Shown here: in pieces, positions 44,108 to 52,920 of the stretch
Layout: every line of letters begins with the position of its first letter
How positions within the stretch are numbered: the stretch's first letter is position 1
Program-made: the position numbers and the translations under genes
The notes under the pieces: model-generated
What the model saw: the letters and a program-made list of their open reading frames with translations, nothing else
Database searches by the model: none
What the model was told of the DNA's origin: nothing
Origin: Candidatus Omnitrophota bacterium
GTDB lineage: Bacteria > Omnitrophota > Gorgyraeia > Zapsychrales > Zapsychraceae
NCBI GenBank assembly: GCA_028280285.1
Contig: JANQMA010000013.1
Coordinates: 5,355-69,354, forward strand
Direction: 5' to 3'
Length of the DNA stretch: 64,000 nucleotides

Positions 44108-47100
44108 TGTTTTCTTCAGTAGTTACATTATGGTTATGATCGACGATGTGGGTCTCACCATTAAAGGACACCCTCCAGCTCGGATAGTATACTTCCCCTG
44201 TATTAATCAACTCGGCCTCAGCTCCATTGATATTATTTACACCAAGGTGATCGGCAACTATCTGTAATGCATCAGCCGACTTAACCGGCAAGTAATTGAC
44301 AGGCCCCTGCGTCCATGTGATTTCCCTCAACTTTCCTGCAGAAGCATCAATAATCGCAACAGCTATGACGCCGTTTTGATCTACTGCTTCATCTGAAGGA
44401 GTAAAGGAAACAATGTAGTAATCACCTGTTTGTGATTTAACGAATAACGGCAGATTAACTTCAACATCTTTAAGTAGTTCAGCTAATCGTTCATCATACG
44501 CGACAACCTCACCCGTTACACGATCAGTAGCCGCACGGATTAATTCTTCGCTGTCTTCAACGGCGTAACTTAGCTGAGCCGTTTGCTCAACCACAGTACC
44601 GTATCCTCCTAAAGTCCCAGAATCAATCAACGATACATAGCGACCCCGGTTCGGATCATTGAGTGTGACATCAGTCAATGGAGCAACATAGTTCGCCGCA
44701 AACTCCTCGGCTGTGACATACGCTTGCTGGCCCAGTCCTGTAACGTGTGGATTCATAATCCAGAAACCATGAATGCCGTACTCTGCAGCCGCACTTGGAT
44801 TATCTGTTGCACGAACACCTGTAACCACAACCCAGTTGTCATAACTTCCTCCAACCGGCACTGCCGCCGGTACATACACCGGATGACCTTCACCCTGACC
44901 TATCTCTGTTGCCAGAAGATTAGCAATGTCGCTTAAAGCTTCTCGCTTAGACGTACGGCTGGCAATTATCCAATCGTAATTATACGGTGTATATGCCGGA
45001 TCAAGGTTTTGTAGTACGGTCCATAGACCCTGAGCATCCAGGCGGTCAAGCGTCTGATTAACCGCGTAGTTTTCCACCTGACCGAAATCAAATAAGGCCA
45101 ATTGATCGTTATGAACTTTTTCTGCATCTGTTGCAGGACCTTCTGGATTAACGTCTGCATTCCACCATAGATAATCTAATATCATCTGCGCTGCTGCTGT
45201 CGCACTATACTGCTTAATCAATTCATCTTCAGTTATTGTTTCTTCTTGCGCTGCAAAGCTTGCCTGCACATCTTCAACCGGCTCTAACTCCAAGCCCTTT
45301 GAACTGATTGCCGGCACATTAGAGAGGTTATTCGTAAATCCTTGTGCAGTGCTTGTCTCATATCGAACCGCTCCATCCGTCTGCCAATCCTGATTCACAA
45401 ACGACCAGACTTGCGCATAGACCGGATTACCGTTTAAAGGAATCTCAACTGTTGCCTGGGTTTGAAGACCAGCACTTTGGGAATAAATATCGGTTCCACC
45501 CGGCGTTGTTCCAATGGCAAACCAGTATTGTGCGGCATTGTTTTTCTGTTTCCAACTAAAAGTAACAGGAGAACTATTTAACGTCGAGCCCGGCTCAGGC
45601 GATGTTATCTGAGGATTATTTTCCGTATTGTACTGAACCGCCCCATCGCTCAGCCAATCCTGATTCACAAACGACCAGACTTGTGCATAGACCGGACTGC
45701 CGTTTAGAGGAATCTCAACTGTTGCCTGGGTCTGAAGACCAGCACTTTGGGAATAAATATCGGTTCCACCCGGCGTTGTCCCAATGGCAAACCAATATTG
45801 TGCGGCATTGTTTTTCTGTTTCCAATTAAAAGTAACAGGAGAACTATTTAACGTCGAGCCCGGCTCAGGCGATGTTATCTGCGATACAACCTCCGTATTA
45901 TATTGAATTGTTCCTTCTGTCTCCCAAACACCGTTCATTAATGTCCAGACCTGCGCATAGACCGGATTACCGTTTAAAGGAATCTCAACTGTTGCCTGGA
46001 TCTGAAGACCGGCACTTTGGGAATAAATATCGGTTCCACCCGGCGTTGTCCCAATGGCAAACCAATACTTTTGCACTCCTGATGTACTTGTCCAACTGAA
46101 TGTTACAGGCGAAGAGCTTAAAGTTGTCCCTGGTGATGGCGATGTTATTTGGGAGGCCTCAGCACCTGGATTCACCGTGATTGTAATCGTCTCTGAATCT
46201 GTAAGTTGTCCGTCGCTGACAGTAAATGTGACGCTATGATTACCAGCGTGTGCATTCGTAGGCACCCATCTAAACATTTTATTGCTTTGGGTAAATTCGG
46301 CACCAGGAGGTAAATTTTGTGCCGAGTATGTCAACGTATCTCCATTTGGATCAGTCGCGCTTATCGTAAAGCTCATATTTTGATTCGCATTAACGGACCT
46401 ATTGCCAATGGGTGCTAGTACCGGGGCCTGCTGCGGCACCGCTTCGACTGTAATGGAAACAATTTGTGCATCTGTACCGCCATTACCGTCACTTACATTA
46501 AACGTTACATTGTGTGTACCGATTTGACTGGCCGTTGGAAACCATCTAAACAGATTAGATTGTGCATTAAATTCGGCACCCGAAGGCAAATTTTGCGCTG
46601 AGTATGTTAGCACGTCGCCATCATCATCCGTAGCACTGACAACAAAATTAACATTATCGCCAACCCTGGCCGTCTTGTTTGGTATATTGTTAAGTACCGG
46701 CGGGCTGTTGAGTCCATTGACAGTGATCGTTATTGTTTGAGAAGAGCTTCCTCCATTAATATCGGAGGCAACAAATGTGACTTCGTGCACACCTTCCTGG
46801 TCAAATGTTGGCCGCCAAGAGAAAAATCCGCTAAATGAATTTACAACCGCGCCTTGTGGCATTTGTGCGCCGTATAATACTGTGCTGCCCTCTGGATCAT
46901 TAGCCTTAACAGTAAATGTTAATCTTTCCCCTATAGTAATTACTTGATTGCCAATCGGCTCAAAGAGGGGCGGAAGATTGCCATCGCGCTCTATAACAGT
47001 TATAGTAATCGTCTCTTCATCCGTACCGCCCTCTATGTCGCCGGCGATAAGCGTAATTTCATGTATACCTACTTGATCATCGGTTGGCTGCCAAGAGAAG

Positions 47101-48845
47101 GCACCGAATATATTCAAAACAGCTCCCTCTGGTAAATTGTTTGAACCGTATATGACAACGTTTCCATCAGGATCGGTTGCTTTTATGGTAAAAAACAATG
47201 TTTGACCGGCCTTGGCCGTCTTATCGCCTATCGGCTCCAGAATAGGCGGAAGATTGCCTCCGGCACCTGTAACTGTGATTGTAATCGTTTCAGAGTCGGT
47301 TAACTCACCATCACTAACATTGAATGTCACATCATGTGTACCAATTTGATTTGAACTAGGAGTCCAGCTGAATGTACGCGTGCTTGAATTAAAATCAGCC
47401 CCTGACGGAATTCCATTGGCTGAATAGCTGAGTGTATCTCCATCAGGATCCGTTGCGCTAATGGTAAAATTTAAACTGCTGTCTGCTGCAACATTTTTAT
47501 TTCCAATACCTGCCAAAACAGGCGCCCTGTTTTGTTGTGAAGTAACTGTGATCGTAATTGTTTCCGAATCCGTATCTTGACCATCGGTTACACTAAAGGT
47601 TACTTGATGGGTACCGGCTTGATTAGAAGTCGGCGTCCAATTAAATGTTCGCGTGTTTGGGTTAAAATCAGCGCCTGAAGGAGCATTGTCTGCTGAATAG
47701 GTAAGCGGATCTCCGTCTAAATCGGTTGCACTGATAGTAAAATTTAGATTATTTTCTGCCTGAACATTTTTATTACCTATAGTTGCTAACTCCGGCGGAT
47801 TATTTGGCTCCGAAGTAACTGTGACCGTGACTATTTCAAAATCTGTATCCTTGCCATCAGTTACGCTGAATGTTATATCGTGTGTGCCAATTTGAGCTGC
47901 CGTTGGCGTCCAACTGAATGTCCGTGTAGTTGGATTAAAGGCAGCACCCGTCGGTGTGTTTTCAGCAGAATACGTTAATACATCCCCTGCGTCCGGATCA
48001 ATCGCATTAATAGGGAAACTCAAATTATTGCCTGCCTGGACACTTTTATTGCCTATCGTTTGCAACACCGGCGGATTATTAACCGCTTCTGTAACCGTAA
48101 TCGTAATCGTCTCGGAATCTGTGCCGCCAGCACCATCATTAACATTAAAAATTACATCATGTGTCCCGATATCATTAATGCTTGGCGTCCAATTAAAGAT
48201 TCTTGTCGTTGGATTAAAGACGGCGCCAGTTGGTGTATTTTGGGCCGAATAAGTCAATGTGTTTCCATCAGGGTCGGTTGCACTGATAGTAAAATTTAAA
48301 TTGGCACCTACTTGAACACTTTTATCCCCAATCGCCGCTAATACTGGCGGTCGGTTTACCGAGCCCCCGGTTATTGTGATTTTTCCATCTGTACGGCTTG
48401 TCGCACTTGTTGTTGTCGTATCACTAAAGTCATATAATTCAAAACCAAGCGGTGTATCTCCACCCGGTGCATTGGCCTTAACCGTAAAACGTAATTTAAG
48501 CGATTCACCATTACCGTTGGTTGATACAGGAAGAGTTCCAAATTGAACAACAATCAATCTGTTAGCATTATTTGAGTCAACTAAGGCGGTAACATTAGTT
48601 AACTGAGCCGTATCGGCCCCGGCCACGGCACTGTCAAATGTAAGCACATTTGAGTCAAAAGTGACCACTGTATCGATACCTGCTAAGGCATCGGTGATAC
48701 CTCCCGCGTTGGTATAGTTGACCGAGATCTCAACCGTCTCTCCAGGGTCAGCTGTAGTACTAGATAGCGCACCCTCAAAGGCTAGTGCATTTGTGCTTAG
48801 CAATAATGTGAAGAATAAACTAAAAGATGCAATTAACTGTTTCAT
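44100..48845 (-). CDS. Giant surface protein B (1581 aa): signal peptide, cohesin-like domain, 8 He_PIG repeats, 3 near-identical 90-aa beta-repeats, conserved C-terminal domain
   Basis: Cohesin-like FEGALSSTTADPGETVEISVNYTNAGG...TFDSNVLTFDSAVAG...SLKLRFTVKANAPGGDTPLGF...DGKITIT. C-terminal domain ...HPVYVPAAVPVGGSYDNWVVVTGVRATDNP...YYPSWRVSFNGETHIVDHNHNVTTEE. Confidence 0.75.
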   Translation of the reverse strand: MKQLIASFSLFFTLLLSTNALAFEGALSSTTADPGETVEISVNYTNAGGITDALAGIDTVVTFDSNVLTFDSAVAGADTAQLTNVTALVDSNNANRLIVVQFGTLPVSTNGNGESLKLRFTVKANAPGGDTPLGFELYDFSDTTTTSATSRTDGKITITGGSVNRPPVLAAIGDKSVQVGANLNFTISATDPDGNTLTYSAQNTPTGAVFNPTTRIFNWTPSINDIGTHDVIFNVNDGAGGTDSETITITVTEAVNNPPVLQTIGNKSVQAGNNLSFPINAIDPDAGDVLTYSAENTPTGAAFNPTTRTFSWTPTAAQIGTHDITFSVTDGKDTDFEIVTVTVTSEPNNPPELATIGNKNVQAENNLNFTISATDLDGDPLTYSADNAPSGADFNPNTRTFNWTPTSNQAGTHQVTFSVTDGQDTDSETITITVTSQQNRAPVLAGIGNKNVAADSSLNFTISATDPDGDTLSYSANGIPSGADFNSSTRTFSWTPSSNQIGTHDVTFNVSDGELTDSETITITVTGAGGNLPPILEPIGDKTAKAGQTLFFTIKATDPDGNVVIYGSNNLPEGAVLNIFGAFSWQPTDDQVGIHEITLIAGDIEGGTDEETITITVIERDGNLPPLFEPIGNQVITIGERLTFTVKANDPEGSTVLYGAQMPQGAVVNSFSGFFSWRPTFDQEGVHEVTFVASDINGGSSSQTITITVNGLNSPPVLNNIPNKTARVGDNVNFVVSATDDDGDVLTYSAQNLPSGAEFNAQSNLFRWFPTASQIGTHNVTFNVSDGNGGTDAQIVSITVEAVPQQAPVLAPIGNRSVNANQNMSFTISATDPNGDTLTYSAQNLPPGAEFTQSNKMFRWVPTNAHAGNHSVTFTVSDGQLTDSETITITVNPGAEASQITSPSPGTTLSSSPVTFSWTSTSGVQKYWFAIGTTPGGTDIYSQSAGLQIQATVEIPLNGNPVYAQVWTLMNGVWETEGTIQYNTEVVSQITSPEPGSTLNSSPVTFNWKQKNNAAQYWFAIGTTPGGTDIYSQSAGLQTQATVEIPLNGSPVYAQVWSFVNQDWLSDGAVQYNTENNPQITSPEPGSTLNSSPVTFSWKQKNNAAQYWFAIGTTPGGTDIYSQSAGLQTQATVEIPLNGNPVYAQVWSFVNQDWQTDGAVRYETSTAQGFTNNLSNVPAISSKGLELEPVEDVQASFAAQEETITEDELIKQYSATAAAQMILDYLWWNADVNPEGPATDAEKVHNDQLALFDFGQVENYAVNQTLDRLDAQGLWTVLQNLDPAYTPYNYDWIIASRTSKREALSDIANLLATEIGQGEGHPVYVPAAVPVGGSYDNWVVVTGVRATDNPSAAAEYGIHGFWIMNPHVTGLGQQAYVTAEEFAANYVAPLTDVTLNDPNRGRYVSLIDSGTLGGYGTVVEQTAQLSYAVEDSEELIRAATDRVTGEVVAYDERLAELLKDVEVNLPLFVKSQTGDYYIVSFTPSDEAVDQNGVIAVAIIDASAGKLREITWTQGPVNYLPVKSADALQIVADHLGVNNINGAEAELINTGEVYYPSWRVSFNGETHIVDHNHNVTTEENSE
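45348..46160 (-). repeat. Three tandem near-identical ~270-bp (90-aa) coding repeats inside surface protein B
   Basis: Protein units QITSPEPGSTLNSSPVTF.WKQKNNAAQYWFAIGTTPGGTDIYSQSAGLQTQATVEIPLNG.PVYAQVW...W...GAV.Y.T repeated three times. Shadow ORFs on the plus strand (45344, 45602, 45872) recur with a 258-270 bp period, which shows high DNA identity. Confidence 0.85.
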
Positions 48846-48871
48846 TTTCTAACCTACCCCCGAACCCAACT

Positions 48872-51800
48872 TTATTCAATACTTTCTTCAGTAGTGACAT
48901 TATGGTTGTGATCAACAATGTGGGTCTCACCATTAAAGTACACCCTCCAGCTTGGATAGTATACTTCCCCTGTATTGATCAACTCAGCTTCAACCCCACC
49001 TAACTCACTTACTCCAATCTTATCACTCACTAATTGAAGCGCTGTTTCAAGATCCATCGGTTCATAATCAACCGCCTCTAAACTCCATGTCACTTCCTTT
49101 AATACACCACTCTGGGCATCAACCGCCGCAACAGCAATCACGCCCTTCTGACCCGTTGCCTCATCTTTCACAGTAAACGGCACTATATAGTAGTCGCCAT
49201 TCGCATCTGTAACAACCACCGGCAACTTCGCTCCGACACTCTTAAATACTTCCGCTAACCCTTCATCATATGCTACCACTTCATCCAACACTCCCGCAAG
49301 AGCTGCTGAAACCAACCTGTTAGCTTCCGTTATACTGTAATTGAGCCGATACACACTCTGTGTACTGCCATTAACTTCCACCTCCGTAAATACTTGCTCT
49401 ATATTAATCGGTGTATCAAGTTGTGTCTCTAACTCAGCAACAGATCCTCTGCGACTTCCTTCAATAGCTGCATCTACAATCGATACGTATCGACCATAAT
49501 GAGGATCTTCTATGGCTGTTTCTGTTAGTGCTGTAATATAGTTATCAGCAAATTCCTTTGCTGTCACGTACACTTTTTCTCCTGGCCCCTTAACCTGTGG
49601 ATTATTGATCCAGAAGCCGTTGATTTTATACTTTTCTGCTTCACTTGGATTATCTGTTGCGCGGACACCCGTTACCACCACCCACTGATCATAGCCTCCT
49701 TTAACAGGAACCGCCGCCGGTACATACACAGGATGCCCTTCTACTTGACCGACTTCTGTGGCTAGAAGATTAGCGATATCGCTTAATACTTCTTCTTTGG
49801 AGGCGCGATCAGTAATGACCCAATTGTAATTGTATAAATCACTCTCAGGGCCGTAGATTTGAAGCACTTCTTTTAGCCCCTTAGCGTCTAGGCGATTAAG
49901 TTCACTGTTGGCGGTATAGTTTTCCCATTGTCCTTCATCGAACAGAGTGATTTGATTGTTGTATGTTTCTTCTGCGTCTATGACCGGACCTTCTGGATTA
50001 ACGTCTGCATTCCACCACAGATAATCTAATATCATCTGCGCTGCTGCTGTCGCACTATACTGCTTAATCAATTCATTTTCAGTTATTGTTTCTTCTTGCG
50101 CTGAAAAGCTTGCCTGCACATCTTCAACCGGGTCTAACTCCAAGCCCTTTGAACTGATTGCCGGGACATTAGTCAGGTTGTTGAAAAACACTCCTGTCGT
50201 TGATGTTTTATATTCAACGGTACCCGTTGTCTCCCATGCTCCATCGATCAACGTCCAGAGTTGAGCATATAATGGATCTCCTGTTATTGGAAGACTCAAT
50301 TCAGGGGTTGATTGTGTTTCAACGCCCTCCTCTACTTCTATACCAAAGGTTTGGAGATAGATTCCGTTTTTTGCTGTCCCGATCGCAAACCAATATTTTT
50401 TTGCATCAGGTGACGCATTGAATGTAAAGGTTTGTTTCTCTTCAGTCAATGTTGTTCCGGGCGTTGGTGATTGTATTTCCGATATAACCGGTGGAAGATT
50501 TTCTGTTTGATATTCAACAGAGCCGGTTGTCTTCCACACACCATCGATGAGTGTCCATACTTGGGCATAAACGGGATTACCGGTTAATGGAACTCTAAGT
50601 GCAGGTGTTTCTGTCTCAAGCCCCATGCTAAACGAATGCAGATCAGTTCCACCCGCAACTGTCCCTAAAGCAAACCAGTATTGCCGTGCATCAGGGGATT
50701 CGGTGATTGTGAACACTTGTTTCTTCTCAGACAATGTCGTTTCTGCGGTCGGCGACTTAATCTCAGCCACAATGTCCGGAACATTTTCTGTTTGATATTC
50801 AACGCTGCCGGTTGTCTTCCACACACCATCAATGAGTGTCCACACTTGCGCATAAACAGGATTACCGGTTAATGGAATTTTAACCTCAGGTGTTTGTGTT
50901 TCAAGTTTCATACTAAACGACTGCAGATCAGTACCGCCCGCAACCGTTCCGAGCGCAAACCAGTATTCTGATGCATCAGGCGATTCAGTAATCGTGAATG
51001 CTTGTTTTTTGTTCGATAGCGTTGTTCCAGATGTCGGTGTTTGTATTTCTGAGATCACATCCGGAATATTCTGTGTCGTGTATTCAACAGCACCTGTTGT
51101 TTCCCACACATTATCAATGAGCGTCCACACTTGCGCATAAACAGAATTACCTGTCAACGGCACACTAAGCTCAGGTGTTGCTATAGTTTCCACATCGTTT
51201 TGGACAGGAATACCGAAAGAGTGTAAATCCGTTCCGCCTTCAGTTGTCCCGAGCGCAAACCAATATTGCTCTGCATCAGGCGATGCCGTTATTGTAAAGA
51301 TCTGTTTCTTTTTCGATAGCGCTATCGCCGTTGTTGGCGATTCAATTACAGAAATTATAGACCCCTCCGTAACAGTGATGGTGATCGTTTCCGAATCAGT
51401 CAACTCTCCGTCACTTACATTGAAGGTAACCATGAAGGTACCGGCTTGATCGACGGCCGGCATCCAGTTAAATGTACTTGGAGCAACTTCGTTAAAAGTC
51501 GCGCCTTCCGGTAGATTTTGGGCAGTAATATTTAACGGGTCTAGATCTGGGTCGGTTGCATCTACTATAAAAGTTAATAAGCGCCCCGTTTGTACTGATT
51601 TATTGCCAACCGGCGTGAGAACCGGCGGCCGGTTACCTATCACCGTTATTGTGATTGTTTCAGAATCTGTGCCACCATTACCATCGTCAACACTAAATAT
51701 TACATCATGTGTACCGATATCATTAATGGTTGGCGTCCAGCTAAATGTGCGCGTGGTTGAATCAAAATTCGACCCTGCAGGCGCATCTTCAGCAGAAAAA

Positions 51801-52660
51801 GTCAAATTATCTTCATCTTCATCGGTTGCATTAATAATGAAATTCAAATTATTTCCCACTTGTACTGATTTATTGCCAATGGCTTCCAACACCGGATCAG
51901 TGTTTGGTTTTTCAGTGACTGTGATTGTAATTGTTTCAGAATCAGTGCCGCCATTCCCATCATCAACACTAAACGTTACATCATACGTTCCGACATCATC
52001 AATGGTCGGCGTCCAGCCGAATACTTGCGTATCCACATCAAACTCCGCACCGGTTGGCAGATTTTCTGCCTTAAACGTTAAGTCATCTTCATCCGGATCA
52101 GTCGCACTAATAGTAAAGTTCAAACTGCGTCCAGCCTCCACACTTTGATTGTCAATTGGGTCCAAAACAGGATCTTGATTAACCCCGGTAACCGTAACTT
52201 TTCCGTTAGTAAGATTTGTTGCGCTTGTTGTTTGCGTGTCACTAAAATCATATAAACCAAAATTAAGCGGAGTATCGCCTCCCGGGGCGTTCGCTTTAAT
52301 CGTAAATTTAACCTTTGCCGACTCTCCGCTACCACTTATTGATATTGGAGTAAATCCAAACTGTGTGATAATTAATCTATTATCATCATTCGTATCTATT
52401 AAAGCAGTGACGCCTAGTTGAGCCGTGTCCGCTCCTGCCGAAACACTATCATAGGTAAGCACACTGGAATCAAAATTAATAACTGTATCAATCCCTGCCA
52501 GGGCATCGGTAATATCCCCTGCACCGGTATATGTCACCGAAACTTCAACCGTTTCTCCTGGATTTCCAGATACGCCGGATATTGCCCCATCGAAAGCCAA
52601 AGCTTCCGCCGTAATAATCAAACTGGCAATCATTATTAAAACAAAGAATATTTTTTTCAT
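48872..52660 (-). CDS. Giant surface protein C (about 1262 aa): signal peptide, cohesin-like domain, 3 He_PIG repeats, 5 divergent ~95-aa beta-repeats, conserved C-terminal domain
   Basis: Start reassigned to MKKIFFVLIMIASLIITAEALA (signal peptide). Cohesin-like FDGAISGVSGNPGETVEVSVTYTGAGD.... The C-terminal domain and the tail YYPSWRVYFNGETHIVDHNHNVTTEE are almost identical to those of protein B. Confidence 0.75.
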   Translation of the reverse strand: MKKIFFVLIMIASLIITAEALAFDGAISGVSGNPGETVEVSVTYTGAGDITDALAGIDTVINFDSSVLTYDSVSAGADTAQLGVTALIDTNDDNRLIITQFGFTPISISGSGESAKVKFTIKANAPGGDTPLNFGLYDFSDTQTTSATNLTNGKVTVTGVNQDPVLDPIDNQSVEAGRSLNFTISATDPDEDDLTFKAENLPTGAEFDVDTQVFGWTPTIDDVGTYDVTFSVDDGNGGTDSETITITVTEKPNTDPVLEAIGNKSVQVGNNLNFIINATDEDEDNLTFSAEDAPAGSNFDSTTRTFSWTPTINDIGTHDVIFSVDDGNGGTDSETITITVIGNRPPVLTPVGNKSVQTGRLLTFIVDATDPDLDPLNITAQNLPEGATFNEVAPSTFNWMPAVDQAGTFMVTFNVSDGELTDSETITITVTEGSIISVIESPTTAIALSKKKQIFTITASPDAEQYWFALGTTEGGTDLHSFGIPVQNDVETIATPELSVPLTGNSVYAQVWTLIDNVWETTGAVEYTTQNIPDVISEIQTPTSGTTLSNKKQAFTITESPDASEYWFALGTVAGGTDLQSFSMKLETQTPEVKIPLTGNPVYAQVWTLIDGVWKTTGSVEYQTENVPDIVAEIKSPTAETTLSEKKQVFTITESPDARQYWFALGTVAGGTDLHSFSMGLETETPALRVPLTGNPVYAQVWTLIDGVWKTTGSVEYQTENLPPVISEIQSPTPGTTLTEEKQTFTFNASPDAKKYWFAIGTAKNGIYLQTFGIEVEEGVETQSTPELSLPITGDPLYAQLWTLIDGAWETTGTVEYKTSTTGVFFNNLTNVPAISSKGLELDPVEDVQASFSAQEETITENELIKQYSATAAAQMILDYLWWNADVNPEGPVIDAEETYNNQITLFDEGQWENYTANSELNRLDAKGLKEVLQIYGPESDLYNYNWVITDRASKEEVLSDIANLLATEVGQVEGHPVYVPAAVPVKGGYDQWVVVTGVRATDNPSEAEKYKINGFWINNPQVKGPGEKVYVTAKEFADNYITALTETAIEDPHYGRYVSIVDAAIEGSRRGSVAELETQLDTPINIEQVFTEVEVNGSTQSVYRLNYSITEANRLVSAALAGVLDEVVAYDEGLAEVFKSVGAKLPVVVTDANGDYYIVPFTVKDEATGQKGVIAVAAVDAQSGVLKEVTWSLEAVDYEPMDLETALQLVSDKIGVSELGGVEAELINTGEVYYPSWRVYFNGETHIVDHNHNVTTEESIE

Positions 52661-52706
52661 TATATTTTCCTCGATTGATAACAGCTTTGATCGAATCATA
52701 TATTAT

Positions 52707-52920
52707 TTATTCTTCCACTGGAAATTTATCGATAAATGTCACTGTAAATTGTGCAATTAACGCCGCATCCAGAGCATTGATTCTTCCGTCACCGCTTACA
52801 TCCGCACGCACTTGCGCATCCGGATCAAGCGTAATGAATGTAACGGTATGCTGCGCCGTTAATGCCGCATCAAGCGCATTAATTGTTCCATTATTATTGA
52901 CATCGCCATAAGCGATATCG
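52707..52920 (-). other. Dockerin module (two 22-residue F-hand segments)
   Basis: GDVNNNGTINALDAALTAQHTVTFITLDPDAQVRADVSGDGRINALDAALIAQFTVTFI. Confidence 0.8.

Noticed and set aside
40271-52660. Peptidase C39-like or transglutaminase-like cysteine protease assignment for the conserved C-terminal domain of the three adhesins
   Set aside because: I could not find a conserved catalytic Cys in the aligned N-terminal part of the domain across the three paralogs, so a protease call is unsupported. It is left as unknown.
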